In this document: positions 21,854 to 30,774 of the stretch, piece by piece
Numbering within the stretch: the stretch's first letter is position 1
How the letters are laid out: the number at the start of each line of letters is the position of its first letter
DNA from: Spirochaetia bacterium
Lineage (GTDB): Bacteria > Spirochaetota > Spirochaetia > SZUA-6 > Bin103
Direction: 5' to 3'
Length of the DNA stretch: 64,000 bases
NCBI GenBank assembly: GCA_965203515.1
Contig: OZ241907.1
Location: 1,024,001 to 1,088,000 of the forward strand
Translations under genes and position numbers: made by a program
Notes under the pieces: generated by a model
Databases searched by the model: none
What the model was told of the DNA's origin: nothing
What the model saw: only the letters and a program-made list of their open reading frames with translations

Positions 21854-22603
21854 GTGAGCCGGCCGGTCGCGCTGGTGACCGGCGCCGGCAGCGGGGTGGG
21901 GCGGGCGACGGCGCTGGCGCTCTGCGGGCACGGCTACACGGTCTACCTGGCCGGCCGGCGGGCCGACCGGCTCCGGGAGACCGCCCGGCAGGCGCAGGAC
22001 CCGGAACGCGCGCTGGCGGCGCCCGCCGACGTCACCGACGCCGACTCGGTAGCGGCGCTGTTCGACCGGATCCGACGGGATCTCGGCCGCCTCGATCTGT
22101 TGTTCAACAACGCCGGCGCCAACACGTCGGCGGTGCCGGCCGACGAGCTGGCCGTCGACCAGTGGCGAATGGTGATCGAGACCAACCTCACCGGGACTTT
22201 CCTGTGCACCCGGCAGGCGATGGCGCTGATGAAGCGCCAGCGCCCGCGCGGCGGACGCATCATCAACAACGGCTCGGTCTCCGCGCAGGTGCCGCGCCCG
22301 CACGCCGCCGCCTACACGGCCGCCAAGTTCGGGGTGGCCGGCCTGACCCGGTCGACCAACCTGGACGGACGCGCCTTCGACATAGCCTGCGGCCAGATCG
22401 ATATCGGCAACGCGGCGACCGAGATGACCGAACGGATGGACGACGGCGTCCTGCAGCCGGACGGCTCGCTGCGGCCGGAGCCGCGCATCGACGTGCGGCA
22501 CGTGGCCGACGCGGTGCTCTACATCGCTTCGCTGCCGCTCGACGCCAACGTGCCGTCCATCACGGTGATGGCCACCGGCATGCCGATGTTCGGCCGCGGT
22601 TGA
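21854..22603 (+). CDS. short-chain dehydrogenase/reductase
   Basis: [25 protein letters not shown]. Confidence 0.94.
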   Translation: MSRPVALVTGAGSGVGRATALALCGHGYTVYLAGRRADRLRETARQAQDPERALAAPADVTDADSVAALFDRIRRDLGRLDLLFNNAGANTSAVPADELAVDQWRMVIETNLTGTFLCTRQAMALMKRQRPRGGRIINNGSVSAQVPRPHAAAYTAAKFGVAGLTRSTNLDGRAFDIACGQIDIGNAATEMTERMDDGVLQPDGSLRPEPRIDVRHVADAVLYIASLPLDANVPSITVMATGMPMFGRG

Positions 22604-22677
22604 GTCGAGGCTCAGGCCGACGGCTGCCGGGTCGAACCGTACTTGCGGCGGACGCGCGACCTGACCACGCGCGGCCG

Positions 22678-23511
22678 TCAGTCGAAGGGCGCGACCGAAC
22701 GCAGGAACGCGGCGCTCCGCGCGGCGGCCTCGCCAGGCCCGCTGAGACCCGCGAACGCCTGATGCACGGTCACGTAGCCGTCGTAGCCGGCGTCGGCCAG
22801 CGCCGCCAGGATGGCGCCGAAGGGCAGGCCGCCCTCCTCCCACATCGGCACGTGGTCGAACGCGACCGGTCCCCGGCACCAAGTATTCATGGTAGCTGAT
22901 CCGCGCCCGTGGATACGGTGGTTCTGCAGGTAGACGTTGAAGACGTGCGGGGCAAGGCGGCCGATCGCCGGAGCCCCGTAGTCCTGACCGCAGTGGTCGA
23001 GATTCGCCGGCTCGTAGATCAGCCCGAAGTTGGGCCGGTCGATCGCCGCCAGCACCTCCAGCGACCGGTCGACCTCCTCGAACAGGCTGCGGGTATGGGA
23101 CTGGTGCGCCAGACGGAGGCCGCGCTCGGCCGCCTGATCGGCGGCGCGCCGCGCGTGCGGGACGTCATCGTCCGACTTCATGCAGACGCGCAGCAGGTCG
23201 GCGCCCAACGCCTCGGCCAGATCGAGGTAGGGGCCGATGCCGCGCAGCGCCTCCGGGCCGCGCCGGTCGTCGTTCTCCGGGATCGGGAAGTCACCGGTCA
23301 CCATCGACACGGCCAGTCCGGCTGCGTCCAGGGTCTGTCGGGCGCGGCGCACCTCGGCCGGCGGCGTATGCGTGCCGAGCTGCGAGGCGCGCATGCAGAG
23401 CGCCGCGTAGCCGTTGCCGGTGGCGATCCGGGCAAGATCGGCCAGGGAGGCGGTGGCGCGCCGCTTGTCGTCGAACGCCTCCGCCACCCGTACGGAGAGC
23501 GCCAGCTTCAC
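22678..23511 (-). CDS. sugar phosphate isomerase/epimerase (TIM barrel, IolE-like)
   Basis: LGADLLRV, RPNFGLIY, GYDGYVTV fold signature. Confidence 0.8.
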   Translation of the reverse strand: MKLALSVRVAEAFDDKRRATASLADLARIATGNGYAALCMRASQLGTHTPPAEVRRARQTLDAAGLAVSMVTGDFPIPENDDRRGPEALRGIGPYLDLAEALGADLLRVCMKSDDDVPHARRAADQAAERGLRLAHQSHTRSLFEEVDRSLEVLAAIDRPNFGLIYEPANLDHCGQDYGAPAIGRLAPHVFNVYLQNHRIHGRGSATMNTWCRGPVAFDHVPMWEEGGLPFGAILAALADAGYDGYVTVHQAFAGLSGPGEAAARSAAFLRSVAPFD

Positions 23512-23662
23512 GGTTGCGCCTCGGCCGGGCGGCGGTCACGGTGGGATCGGGTCATGCGCGCATGATACCCGGCGGCGGGCGCGCCGGGACAGGGTGACCG
23601 ATTGGGGCCGGACGGAGGGGGGGTAGCCGCGCCGTTGCGGAACCGTTACACTCGCCCGCGAC

Positions 23663-24697
23663 ATGAGTTCCGCGGCGCCGCATGGCGGCGCAGGGTGGGG
23701 CGCGGACGACCTCCGATCGCTGCGCGCAGCCATCGCTCCGTATCGCAAGCCGTCGATGACGCGCACGTTGTGGAACGTCGGCAACTCGGTGCTGCCGTTC
23801 GTGGCGTGCATGACCGCGGCGGCGTTCCTGCTGCCGATCAGCTATCCGCTCTGCCTGCCGCTGATGGTGCTGGCGGCCGGCTTCAACATCCGCAACTTCA
23901 TCATCATGCACGACGCCGGCCACGGGACGCTGTTCCGCAGCCGCCGGATGAACGGGCTGATCGGCCACGTGACCGGGATACTGACGCTGACGCCGCTGCG
24001 GGACTGGGCGCACAACCACGCGATCCACCACGCCAGTTCGGGCAACCTGGACCGGCGCACCGATACCGACGTGAAGACGATCACGGTGCAGGAGTACCGG
24101 AATCGGACGCGGTGGGAGCGGCTGTGCTACCGGTTGTACCGCAACCCGGTGGTGCTGCTGACGTTCGGGTCGGTGTGGACGTTCGTGTTCAACCATCGGC
24201 TGCCGAGGAAGATCACGAAGGGGAAGGGGCGCAGTTCGCTGTGGCTCACGAACGCGGGGATGGCGGTGACGGTGGCGGTGATGGTGTTGCTGGCGGGGTG
24301 GCGGTACGTGGCGCTGGTGTACCTGCCGATGATCGGGCTGGCGGGAGTGATCGGGGTGTGGCTGTTCTACATGCAGCACCAGTTCGAGGATGCGTACTGG
24401 CGGCGGGACGGAGAGTGGCAGTACGGGGAGGCGGCGATGGAGGGAGCGTCGTACCTGCGGATGCCGGCGGTGCTGCAGTGGTTTACGGGGAACATCGGGT
24501 TTCACCACGTGCACCATCTGGACCCGCGGATACCGTACTACCACCTGCCGAGCTGCCACCGGGCGCATCCGCTGATGGAGCGGGCGCCGGTGCTGACGGT
24601 GCTGGACACGGTGCTGTGCTTCCGGCGGAACCTGTACGATGAGGAGCAGGGCCGCATGGTGAGCTTTCGCAGTCTGCGCGCCCAGCCCGCGGCCTGA
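23663..24697 (+). CDS. membrane fatty acid desaturase
   Basis: His boxes HDAGH, HAIHH, HHVHH; WLFYMQHQFE; RIPYYHL. Confidence 0.93.
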   Translation: MSSAAPHGGAGWGADDLRSLRAAIAPYRKPSMTRTLWNVGNSVLPFVACMTAAAFLLPISYPLCLPLMVLAAGFNIRNFIIMHDAGHGTLFRSRRMNGLIGHVTGILTLTPLRDWAHNHAIHHASSGNLDRRTDTDVKTITVQEYRNRTRWERLCYRLYRNPVVLLTFGSVWTFVFNHRLPRKITKGKGRSSLWLTNAGMAVTVAVMVLLAGWRYVALVYLPMIGLAGVIGVWLFYMQHQFEDAYWRRDGEWQYGEAAMEGASYLRMPAVLQWFTGNIGFHHVHHLDPRIPYYHLPSCHRAHPLMERAPVLTVLDTVLCFRRNLYDEEQGRMVSFRSLRAQPAA

Positions 24698-24847
24698 CCA
24701 AGCAAGCCCGGCCCGGCCTGACCGGCGGGCGAAGGTCCGCCGCCGTGAGAGGGTCCGCCGCCGTACCGGCACCGAGCGAGGATGGCGGGCAGGCGGCTCG
24801 TTTCCTACTGCCGCCCGGCCCCGGATCGGTACCTGTTGCACTTGGTA

Positions 24848-25924
24848 TCACTCTCGGAGCGCGCCCGACGGCGGGTCGCCGGGCAGGACGATCAGCGGGC
24901 CTGCCACCAGGGTGTCCGGGTCGACCGCCACGCCGGCGGCGCGCACCTCCCAGTGCAGGTGCGGTCCGGTGGCCAGGCCGGTGCTGCCCACCGCGCCGAG
25001 CGTCTCTCCGGCCGACACGTACCAGCCTTCCCGCACCGCCAGGCTCTGCAGGTGGTAGTACAGCGAATAGACGCCGGGCAGATGCTCGACCACGACGGTC
25101 AACCCGGTGACCATGCGGTCGCGGGCCATCACCACCGTACCGCCGCCGGCGGCGGCTACCGCCGTGCCGGCGGGAACCCCGAAGTCCACGCCGTTGTGGA
25201 TCGTGGTGGCGGTGCTGCCGTCGGCGTAGCGGTAGCGCCGGCGGTCGCCGAAGCCGGCGGTGCGCCGGGCGTCCCCCAGCGGCAGCCGGAGCGGTCCGAA
25301 GTGCGGCCGCGCCACCGGCCGCGACGTGTCCAGCAGCAGCCAGAGCTCCCGCGACTCCGCCTGGCGGCGCGGATCGGTGGTGCGCCGCAGGTCCGACAGC
25401 TCGGCGCTCAGCGGGATATCGTCGACGGCGAACGCGCGCTCGGCGATGAGGATCGACTGCTCGTGCAGCACGCGCGCCGCCGCCTGCGGAGCGCTGGCCA
25501 ACCACGCGGAGATCGTCAGCCGCGCCGGGGCGGCCGGAGCGGTGCTGGGGATGCCGATCATCGCCGTCCAGATCGTTGCCACCGGTCCCGAGCGCACCGC
25601 GAAGCCGCGGCCGACGACGCGCTCTCCGTCCGCCAGCTCGACCGTCAGGTCGAGCGCCGCAAGCGGCGCGGCGCTCGTCACGACGGCGCTCAGGGGGTCC
25701 CCCGGCATCAATGCGGACGGCGTCCGCAGCACCGAAACGGGAAGCGCCGCGCTTGACTGCGCGGCCAGCGCACCGGCGGCCAGCGTCCCGGCGGCCAGGG
25801 CCAGGCCGGTCGCGGTCAGGCCCCGACGCAGTGCCTGCCGGCGCAGACCCCGCCGGCGCAGACCCCGCCGGCGCAGGCTCCGCCGGCGCAGGCTCCGCCG
25901 GTGAAGCCGGCGACCGAGCGGCAT
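24848..25924 (-). CDS. M23-family metallopeptidase; start uncertain
   Basis: HNGVDF, YYHL, GSTGLATGPHLHWEV. Confidence 0.9.
   Translation of the reverse strand: MPLGRRLHRRSLRRRSLRRRGLRRRGLRRQALRRGLTATGLALAAGTLAAGALAAQSSAALPVSVLRTPSALMPGDPLSAVVTSAAPLAALDLTVELADGERVVGRGFAVRSGPVATIWTAMIGIPSTAPAAPARLTISAWLASAPQAAARVLHEQSILIAERAFAVDDIPLSAELSDLRRTTDPRRQAESRELWLLLDTSRPVARPHFGPLRLPLGDARRTAGFGDRRRYRYADGSTATTIHNGVDFGVPAGTAVAAAGGGTVVMARDRMVTGLTVVVEHLPGVYSLYYHLQSLAVREGWYVSAGETLGAVGSTGLATGPHLHWEVRAAGVAVDPDTLVAGPLIVLPGDPPSGALRE
25837..25900. repeat. 15-bp tandem repeat (about 4 copies) in the M23 N-terminus
   Basis: CGCCGGCGCAG(ACC/GCT)C units encoding RRSLR/RRGLR. Confidence 0.75.
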
Positions 25925-26058
25925 CGCTTTCAGCGTATGACGCCGGGCCGCGCCATCGGTAGTATCGACTCCGTGGCGCAACGCACCGTCGCGATCGTTA
26001 CGGCGCCGGCGGGCGGGCGGTGAGCGCGGCGGACCGTCCCGGCCACCGTCTTGGCGAC

Positions 26059-27069
26059 TCAGTCCCAGGCGGCCATCTCGGCGCGCAGTTCGGCGGAAAT
26101 CCCCTCCGCGCAGGCGCGCAGGGCGTTGTCGAGGTGGGCGGTCGTACGGGCGCCGAACAGCGTGCTGCCGACCGACCGGTTGGCGACCACCCAGGCGGCC
26201 GCCAGGTAGACCATCGACTCGCCCGTCTCGGCCGCCTTGGCGCGCAGTCGTTCGACGACCCGAAAGTTCCGCTCGGAGAAGTAGACGTCGCAATGGCCCG
26301 GTATCACGTGGAAGCGGGTCCGCGCCGGCAGCGCGTCCCGGTCCGGCGTGTACTTGCCGGCCAGAAAGCCGGCGCCGAGCGGGCTGTACGCCAGGAAGGT
26401 GATCTCCTGCTCCGCGCACACCGGCATGCTGTCGCGCTCCTCTTCGGGGCGAGCCAGGTTGTAGATGTTCTCCACGATCTCGATGCGCGCGTAGCCGCGG
26501 GAGGCGCTGATCGCCAGCGCGTCGCGGAGTTGCGCGCCGGTGAAGTTGCTGCAGCCCAGCGCCTGCACGCGGCCGTCGGACACGGCCCGATCGAGCGCGT
26601 CCAGGGACTCGTCCAGAGGCACCCGATCGTCGAAGTTGTGCATCATGTAGATCGGCACGGAGTCGAGCTGCAGCCGCTCCAGGCTGGCGTTCAGGGCGCG
26701 GTCGATGTTGTCCGGGGAGTTGCCGCTCGAAACCTTGGTGAGGATCGTCACCTCGCCGGCAACGCCCCGATCGCGCATCCAGGTGCCGATCATGCGCTCG
26801 GAGCTCGACACCTCCCCGGTCGTCTCGCGCACGTCCTCCACCCCCATCACGTCGCGCCGATACTGCCGGGCGTTGCCGCCGCCGTACCCCTCGGCGGTAT
26901 CCAGCAGGGTCATGCCGTGCTCCACGGCGTAGTCGAGGATGCGGCGCGAGTCGTCTTCGCCGATCTCACGGCCGAACGTCGTCGTCCCAAGGGCGATGCG
27001 GCTGATCGTACGGCCGGTTCGCCCCAGCGGCGCCTGCGCCGCGTCGTCCTCCATCACGCTCCCTTCCAT
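26059..27069 (-). CDS. aldo/keto reductase; start uncertain (27069 or 27054)
   Basis: LGTTTFG, LDTAEGYG, LGCSNF, YSPLGAGFLAGKY. Confidence 0.9.
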   Translation of the reverse strand: MEGSVMEDDAAQAPLGRTGRTISRIALGTTTFGREIGEDDSRRILDYAVEHGMTLLDTAEGYGGGNARQYRRDVMGVEDVRETTGEVSSSERMIGTWMRDRGVAGEVTILTKVSSGNSPDNIDRALNASLERLQLDSVPIYMMHNFDDRVPLDESLDALDRAVSDGRVQALGCSNFTGAQLRDALAISASRGYARIEIVENIYNLARPEEERDSMPVCAEQEITFLAYSPLGAGFLAGKYTPDRDALPARTRFHVIPGHCDVYFSERNFRVVERLRAKAAETGESMVYLAAAWVVANRSVGSTLFGARTTAHLDNALRACAEGISAELRAEMAAWD

Positions 27070-27109
27070 CTCGCCCCCTTCCTCATGGTGCTCGGCGGTG
27101 CACGGTAGC

Positions 27110-27547
27110 ATGCTCTCGATACGATGGCTGAGCGTGTGGGTGTACGCGGCGGCGTTGATCGTCGCCATGCTGGTGCCGTGGCCCCGGCCCATACGGATCG
27201 GCGGCGGCTGGATGGACGAGCTGGTGCACTTCGGGGCGTGGACGGTGCTGGCGTTCCTGATTGCGGTCGCCTGCGGCAGGTCTCTGCCGACGATCGGCGC
27301 GGCGGCGTTGGCGGCGCTGGCGGCGATCTGCTTCGGGGCGCTGGTCGAAGTGCTGCAGCCGCTCACCGGCCGGTCGGCCGGGATGCTCGACCTCGCCGCC
27401 GACGCGCTCGGATCGGCCGTGGGAGCGGCCGCCGCGGCGGTCGTCGCGTGGAGCGGCGAGCGGGCGGCCGGGCAGAGGGCGGCTGGGCAGAGAGGGGCCG
27501 GGCAGGGGGCGGCCGGGAAGCGGGGCGGCCCGCGACAGCCGACGTGA
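27110..27547 (+). CDS. VanZ-like membrane protein
   Basis: DELVHFGAW, EVLQPLTGRS, DLAADALG; multiple TM segments. Confidence 0.75.
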   Translation: MLSIRWLSVWVYAAALIVAMLVPWPRPIRIGGGWMDELVHFGAWTVLAFLIAVACGRSLPTIGAAALAALAAICFGALVEVLQPLTGRSAGMLDLAADALGSAVGAAAAAVVAWSGERAAGQRAAGQRGAGQGAAGKRGGPRQPT

Positions 27548-27645
27548 CGTGGCGTTGCCACGCTCCGAAAAATCTTCCAGAATCGGCATCAGCAGGGCAC
27601 CGGAGCGTGTCATGCGCCGATTCGCTTCTCAAGAGAGGGTTCAGC

Positions 27646-27831
27646 ATGTCGAACGAAGTTCTGGTGGTCGCCTCCAAGATCAAGTCGTATATCAAGTCCA
27701 CAGCGGGCTTTAACACGTCGGCGACGGCGATCGACGCACTGTCGAACAAGGTGAAGGAAGTGTGCGACGCGGCGATCGACGCGGCGCGCAGGGATCGGCG
27801 CAAGACCGTAAAGGACCGGGATATCGCGTAG
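27646..27831 (+). CDS. bacterial histone-fold protein (Bd0055-like), 61 aa
   Basis: MSNEVLVVASKIKSYIK...NTSATAIDALS...RRKTVKDRDI with histone RKT..xxD signature; purine-rich RBS. Confidence 0.88.
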   Translation: MSNEVLVVASKIKSYIKSTAGFNTSATAIDALSNKVKEVCDAAIDAARRDRRKTVKDRDIA

Positions 27832-28445
27832 ACGACGCAGATCGACCGGTCCGCGCGCCGGCCCCGGAGGACGTTGCGGAGCTGGCGGTGATCATCCTGG
27901 TGCGCGGGGTCTCCCGCGGCAGACCGCCGTCGGTCGCGCGGGACCCCGTCGGTCGCGCGCGACCGGGGCCGCATCTATCCGGCGTTCGCTGCTCGACGCT
28001 TCCTGGCGACGTGCTACCTGGGCGGACCCGCGCTTCCTGACTCGGGCGCTGCCGCGCGCCGTTGCGCTATGGGCGCGGATCGAGGGGAGGGGTTTGGATG
28101 AGGCGGCCGAAGGCCGCTCCCACGACCGTCCGCGACGACCAGTGCCTCGCCCCCAGGGCCCTCGCCCGTGCTGGGGCCTCGTCGAGCTGACCGGGGCGAC
28201 ATGCGCGTGGGGTCATCCCGCAAGCAAGACAAGCAAGAACCGGTGACCGCCCGACCGGCGTAGCAGTGCCGCAGGGCGCAGTTCCGGCTGTCCGCGCCGA
28301 AAGCCGACCACGTCCGAGACGCCGCAGAGACGCTCGACCGGCCGGTTTCCCGCGTGCGCGGGGTGGACAGGGAGTAGTGAGGAGTTGGTGAGGTATGACG
28401 AATCGGCCGCCGCTCCAGGGCGGCCGATTCGCTAAGAAGCCGTTA

Positions 28446-28760
28446 TCAGCCCCTGAATCCGCCGCCGCCTCGGTCACGCCGGCCGCCGCCGCCACCGCCA
28501 CCGCCACCGCCGCGTGCGCTGCGCGCTTCCTCGACGGTCAGGTACCGGCCGTCGAGCTCGGCGCCGTTCAAGCCGCGAACCGCGGCGGCGGCCTCCTCGT
28601 CCGAGCCCATCTCCACGAATCCGAAACCTCGCGAGCTGCCGGAGTAACGATCGGTCACCACCTCAGCGGATTCGACCTTGCCATGCTGTGCGAAGAGCTG
28701 GAACAGCGTCTCGTCGGTAGCGCTGAACGGCAATCCGCCGATATAGAGTCTTTTACCCAT
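28446..28760 (-). CDS. RRM-domain RNA-binding protein with Gly-rich tail
   Basis: RNP2 LYIGGL, RNP1 RGFGFVEM. Confidence 0.95.
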   Translation of the reverse strand: MGKRLYIGGLPFSATDETLFQLFAQHGKVESAEVVTDRYSGSSRGFGFVEMGSDEEAAAAVRGLNGAELDGRYLTVEEARSARGGGGGGGGGGRRDRGGGGFRG

Positions 28761-28790
28761 TACGCTGCTATTCTACCAGGAATCGGAGGG

Positions 28791-29756
28791 TTAGGCAACG
28801 GACGCTTGGGAGCGCCATTCCGACGCCTCGTCCAGATGCTCCAGGTGTTCGGCGGAGAGCCGGTAGCCGGCCGCGCCGGCCAGCTCGACGACCTGCTCCG
28901 GGGTCGACGCGCCGACCACCGGGGCGGTGACGCCCGGCTTTGCCAGCAGCCACGCGAGCGCCGCCTGCGCGATCGTGCGCCGGTCCCGGGAGGCGATCTT
29001 GCCGAGCTCGGCCACCAGAGCGGCGGCGCGGCCGGGGTCGAGGTCGTAGCCGTGCGGTCCGCTGCGCCAGCGCCCGTCGGGAATGGGTGCGCCCCGGAAG
29101 CGGCCGGTCAGGATGCCGCGGCCGAGCGGCCGGTACGGCAGCACCGCGACGCCGAGCGCGACCGCGGCCGCGGCCAGCTCGCGTTCGTAGCCGCCGCGCG
29201 CCAGCAGGCTGTAGTGCGGCTGGACGCTCGCGTAGGAGACGAGCCGCGACCGGGCGCTGATGCCCAGCGCGTGCGCGAGGCGCCAGGCCGGGACGTTGGA
29301 GCACCCCACGTAGCGGACCTTGCCCTGCCGGACCATCCGGTCCAGGGCGGACAGCGTCTCGTCGTCCGGCGTGCCGGGATCCGGCCAGTGGGTCTGGTAG
29401 AGATCGATCCAGTCGGTCCGCAGGCGCGCGAGGCTCGCCTCCACGGCGGCCAGCAGGTGCCGCCGGCTCAAGCCGCGGTCGGTCGGGTGCGGGCCGGTCG
29501 GCGATCCTCCCTTGGTGGCGATCACCAGCGCCTGCCGGTGGCCGCGCCGCCGCATCCAGTCGCCGACCGCCTCCTCGGCCGCGCCGACTCGGGGCCCGTA
29601 GACGTCGGCGGTGTCGATGAAGGTACCGCCGCATTCGACGAAGGCGTCGAGCACCGGCGCGCTCGTCTCGGCAAAGGGCTGCGCGCCGAACCCGGCCGTT
29701 CCCAGGCAGAGCTCGGAGACCATGAGGCCGGTGCGGCCGAGCCGTCGGTGCAGCAT
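28791..29756 (-). CDS. aldo/keto reductase
   Basis: FIDTADVYG, IATK, IDLYQTHW, GKVRYVGCSN. Confidence 0.93.
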   Translation of the reverse strand: MLHRRLGRTGLMVSELCLGTAGFGAQPFAETSAPVLDAFVECGGTFIDTADVYGPRVGAAEEAVGDWMRRRGHRQALVIATKGGSPTGPHPTDRGLSRRHLLAAVEASLARLRTDWIDLYQTHWPDPGTPDDETLSALDRMVRQGKVRYVGCSNVPAWRLAHALGISARSRLVSYASVQPHYSLLARGGYERELAAAAVALGVAVLPYRPLGRGILTGRFRGAPIPDGRWRSGPHGYDLDPGRAAALVAELGKIASRDRRTIAQAALAWLLAKPGVTAPVVGASTPEQVVELAGAAGYRLSAEHLEHLDEASEWRSQASVA

Positions 29757-29834
29757 CGGGCCGCATCATACCGCGGCCGGTGCCGCGATCGATGCGCCTT
29801 GGCGGGGCGCGGCCGTTGCGCTACGGTCGCCGCG

Positions 29835-30275
29835 GTGGTTCGGTGCTGGTTCGCTTGGCGGCTGATCGCGGCGCTCTGCGTGGTGACGGCGCCGGGCGCG
29901 CCGGTCGTCGCGCAGGAGGCTTCCGTGCGCACGGAACGGGCGCCCGAAGCGGCGCCTGAAGATTCGCCGGCGCCGGAAGCGGCGCCCGCGCCGCCTCCGC
30001 CGGCGGAGCAGCGCCGCGACTACTGGCCGCTGTTGGCGGCCGGCATCGGCGTGACGGCGGGCGGACTGGCCGGGGCGCGCCTGGCCCGCCTGGAGAGCGA
30101 ACGGTGGATGGCGCTGCCGGACGTCACGCCGAATCGCCAGCAGCAGATCGAAGCCTTCGACACCTGGACGGTGGCCGGTTCGGTGGCGGCCACCGTCGGC
30201 GTGGGATTGATCGTGCTCTGGGCGACGATCCGGCTGGCACAGGATGCGCGCCCGCAAAGCGGGAGCGGGGCGTGA
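29835..30275 (+). CDS. hypothetical membrane protein; start uncertain
   Basis: signal-like N-terminus, Pro/Ala linker, two hydrophobic segments. Confidence 0.5.
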   Translation: MVRCWFAWRLIAALCVVTAPGAPVVAQEASVRTERAPEAAPEDSPAPEAAPAPPPPAEQRRDYWPLLAAGIGVTAGGLAGARLARLESERWMALPDVTPNRQQQIEAFDTWTVAGSVAATVGVGLIVLWATIRLAQDARPQSGSGA

Positions 30276-30357
30276 CGCGGCGGCCGGACCCGAATCGGAC
30301 CGGCCCGAATCAGACCGGCAGAGACGGAATCGGCGCGCAGGCGACCGGGAGGAACCG

Positions 30358-30774
30358 ATGGCAGCGATAGACTTCGGGGCGATCAACTACGTGGCGGCGG
30401 CGGTCTCGGCGGTGGCGCTGATGGCGCTCGGCTTCGTCTGGTACGCGCCGTTCCTGTTCGGCAGGGCGTGGATGGCGGCGCTCGGCAAGACCGAGGAGGA
30501 GATGCGCGCGGCCGGCCCCAGCCCGGCGCTGGCCGCCGCGCTGGCGGACGCGGTGCTCACCTCGCTGACGCTGGCGATCGTCTTCCAGGCGGCGGCGATT
30601 TCCGGGGTCGGCGGCGGCATCGCCGCGGCGGTCGGCTTGGCGATCGGGTTCTCCGGCGTGTCGATCGTCTCCAACGGGGCGTTCGAAGGCCGGCCGCGGC
30701 CGCTGGTGCTCATCAACCTGGGCTACCGGCTGGCCGGCTACCCGATCGCCGGCATCATCCTGTCGGTCTGGTAG
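30358..30774 (+). CDS. DUF1761-family membrane protein
   Basis: INY, LGFVWYAP.LFGRAW, FEGRP..L.LINLGY. Confidence 0.85.
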   Translation: MAAIDFGAINYVAAAVSAVALMALGFVWYAPFLFGRAWMAALGKTEEEMRAAGPSPALAAALADAVLTSLTLAIVFQAAAISGVGGGIAAAVGLAIGFSGVSIVSNGAFEGRPRPLVLINLGYRLAGYPIAGIILSVW

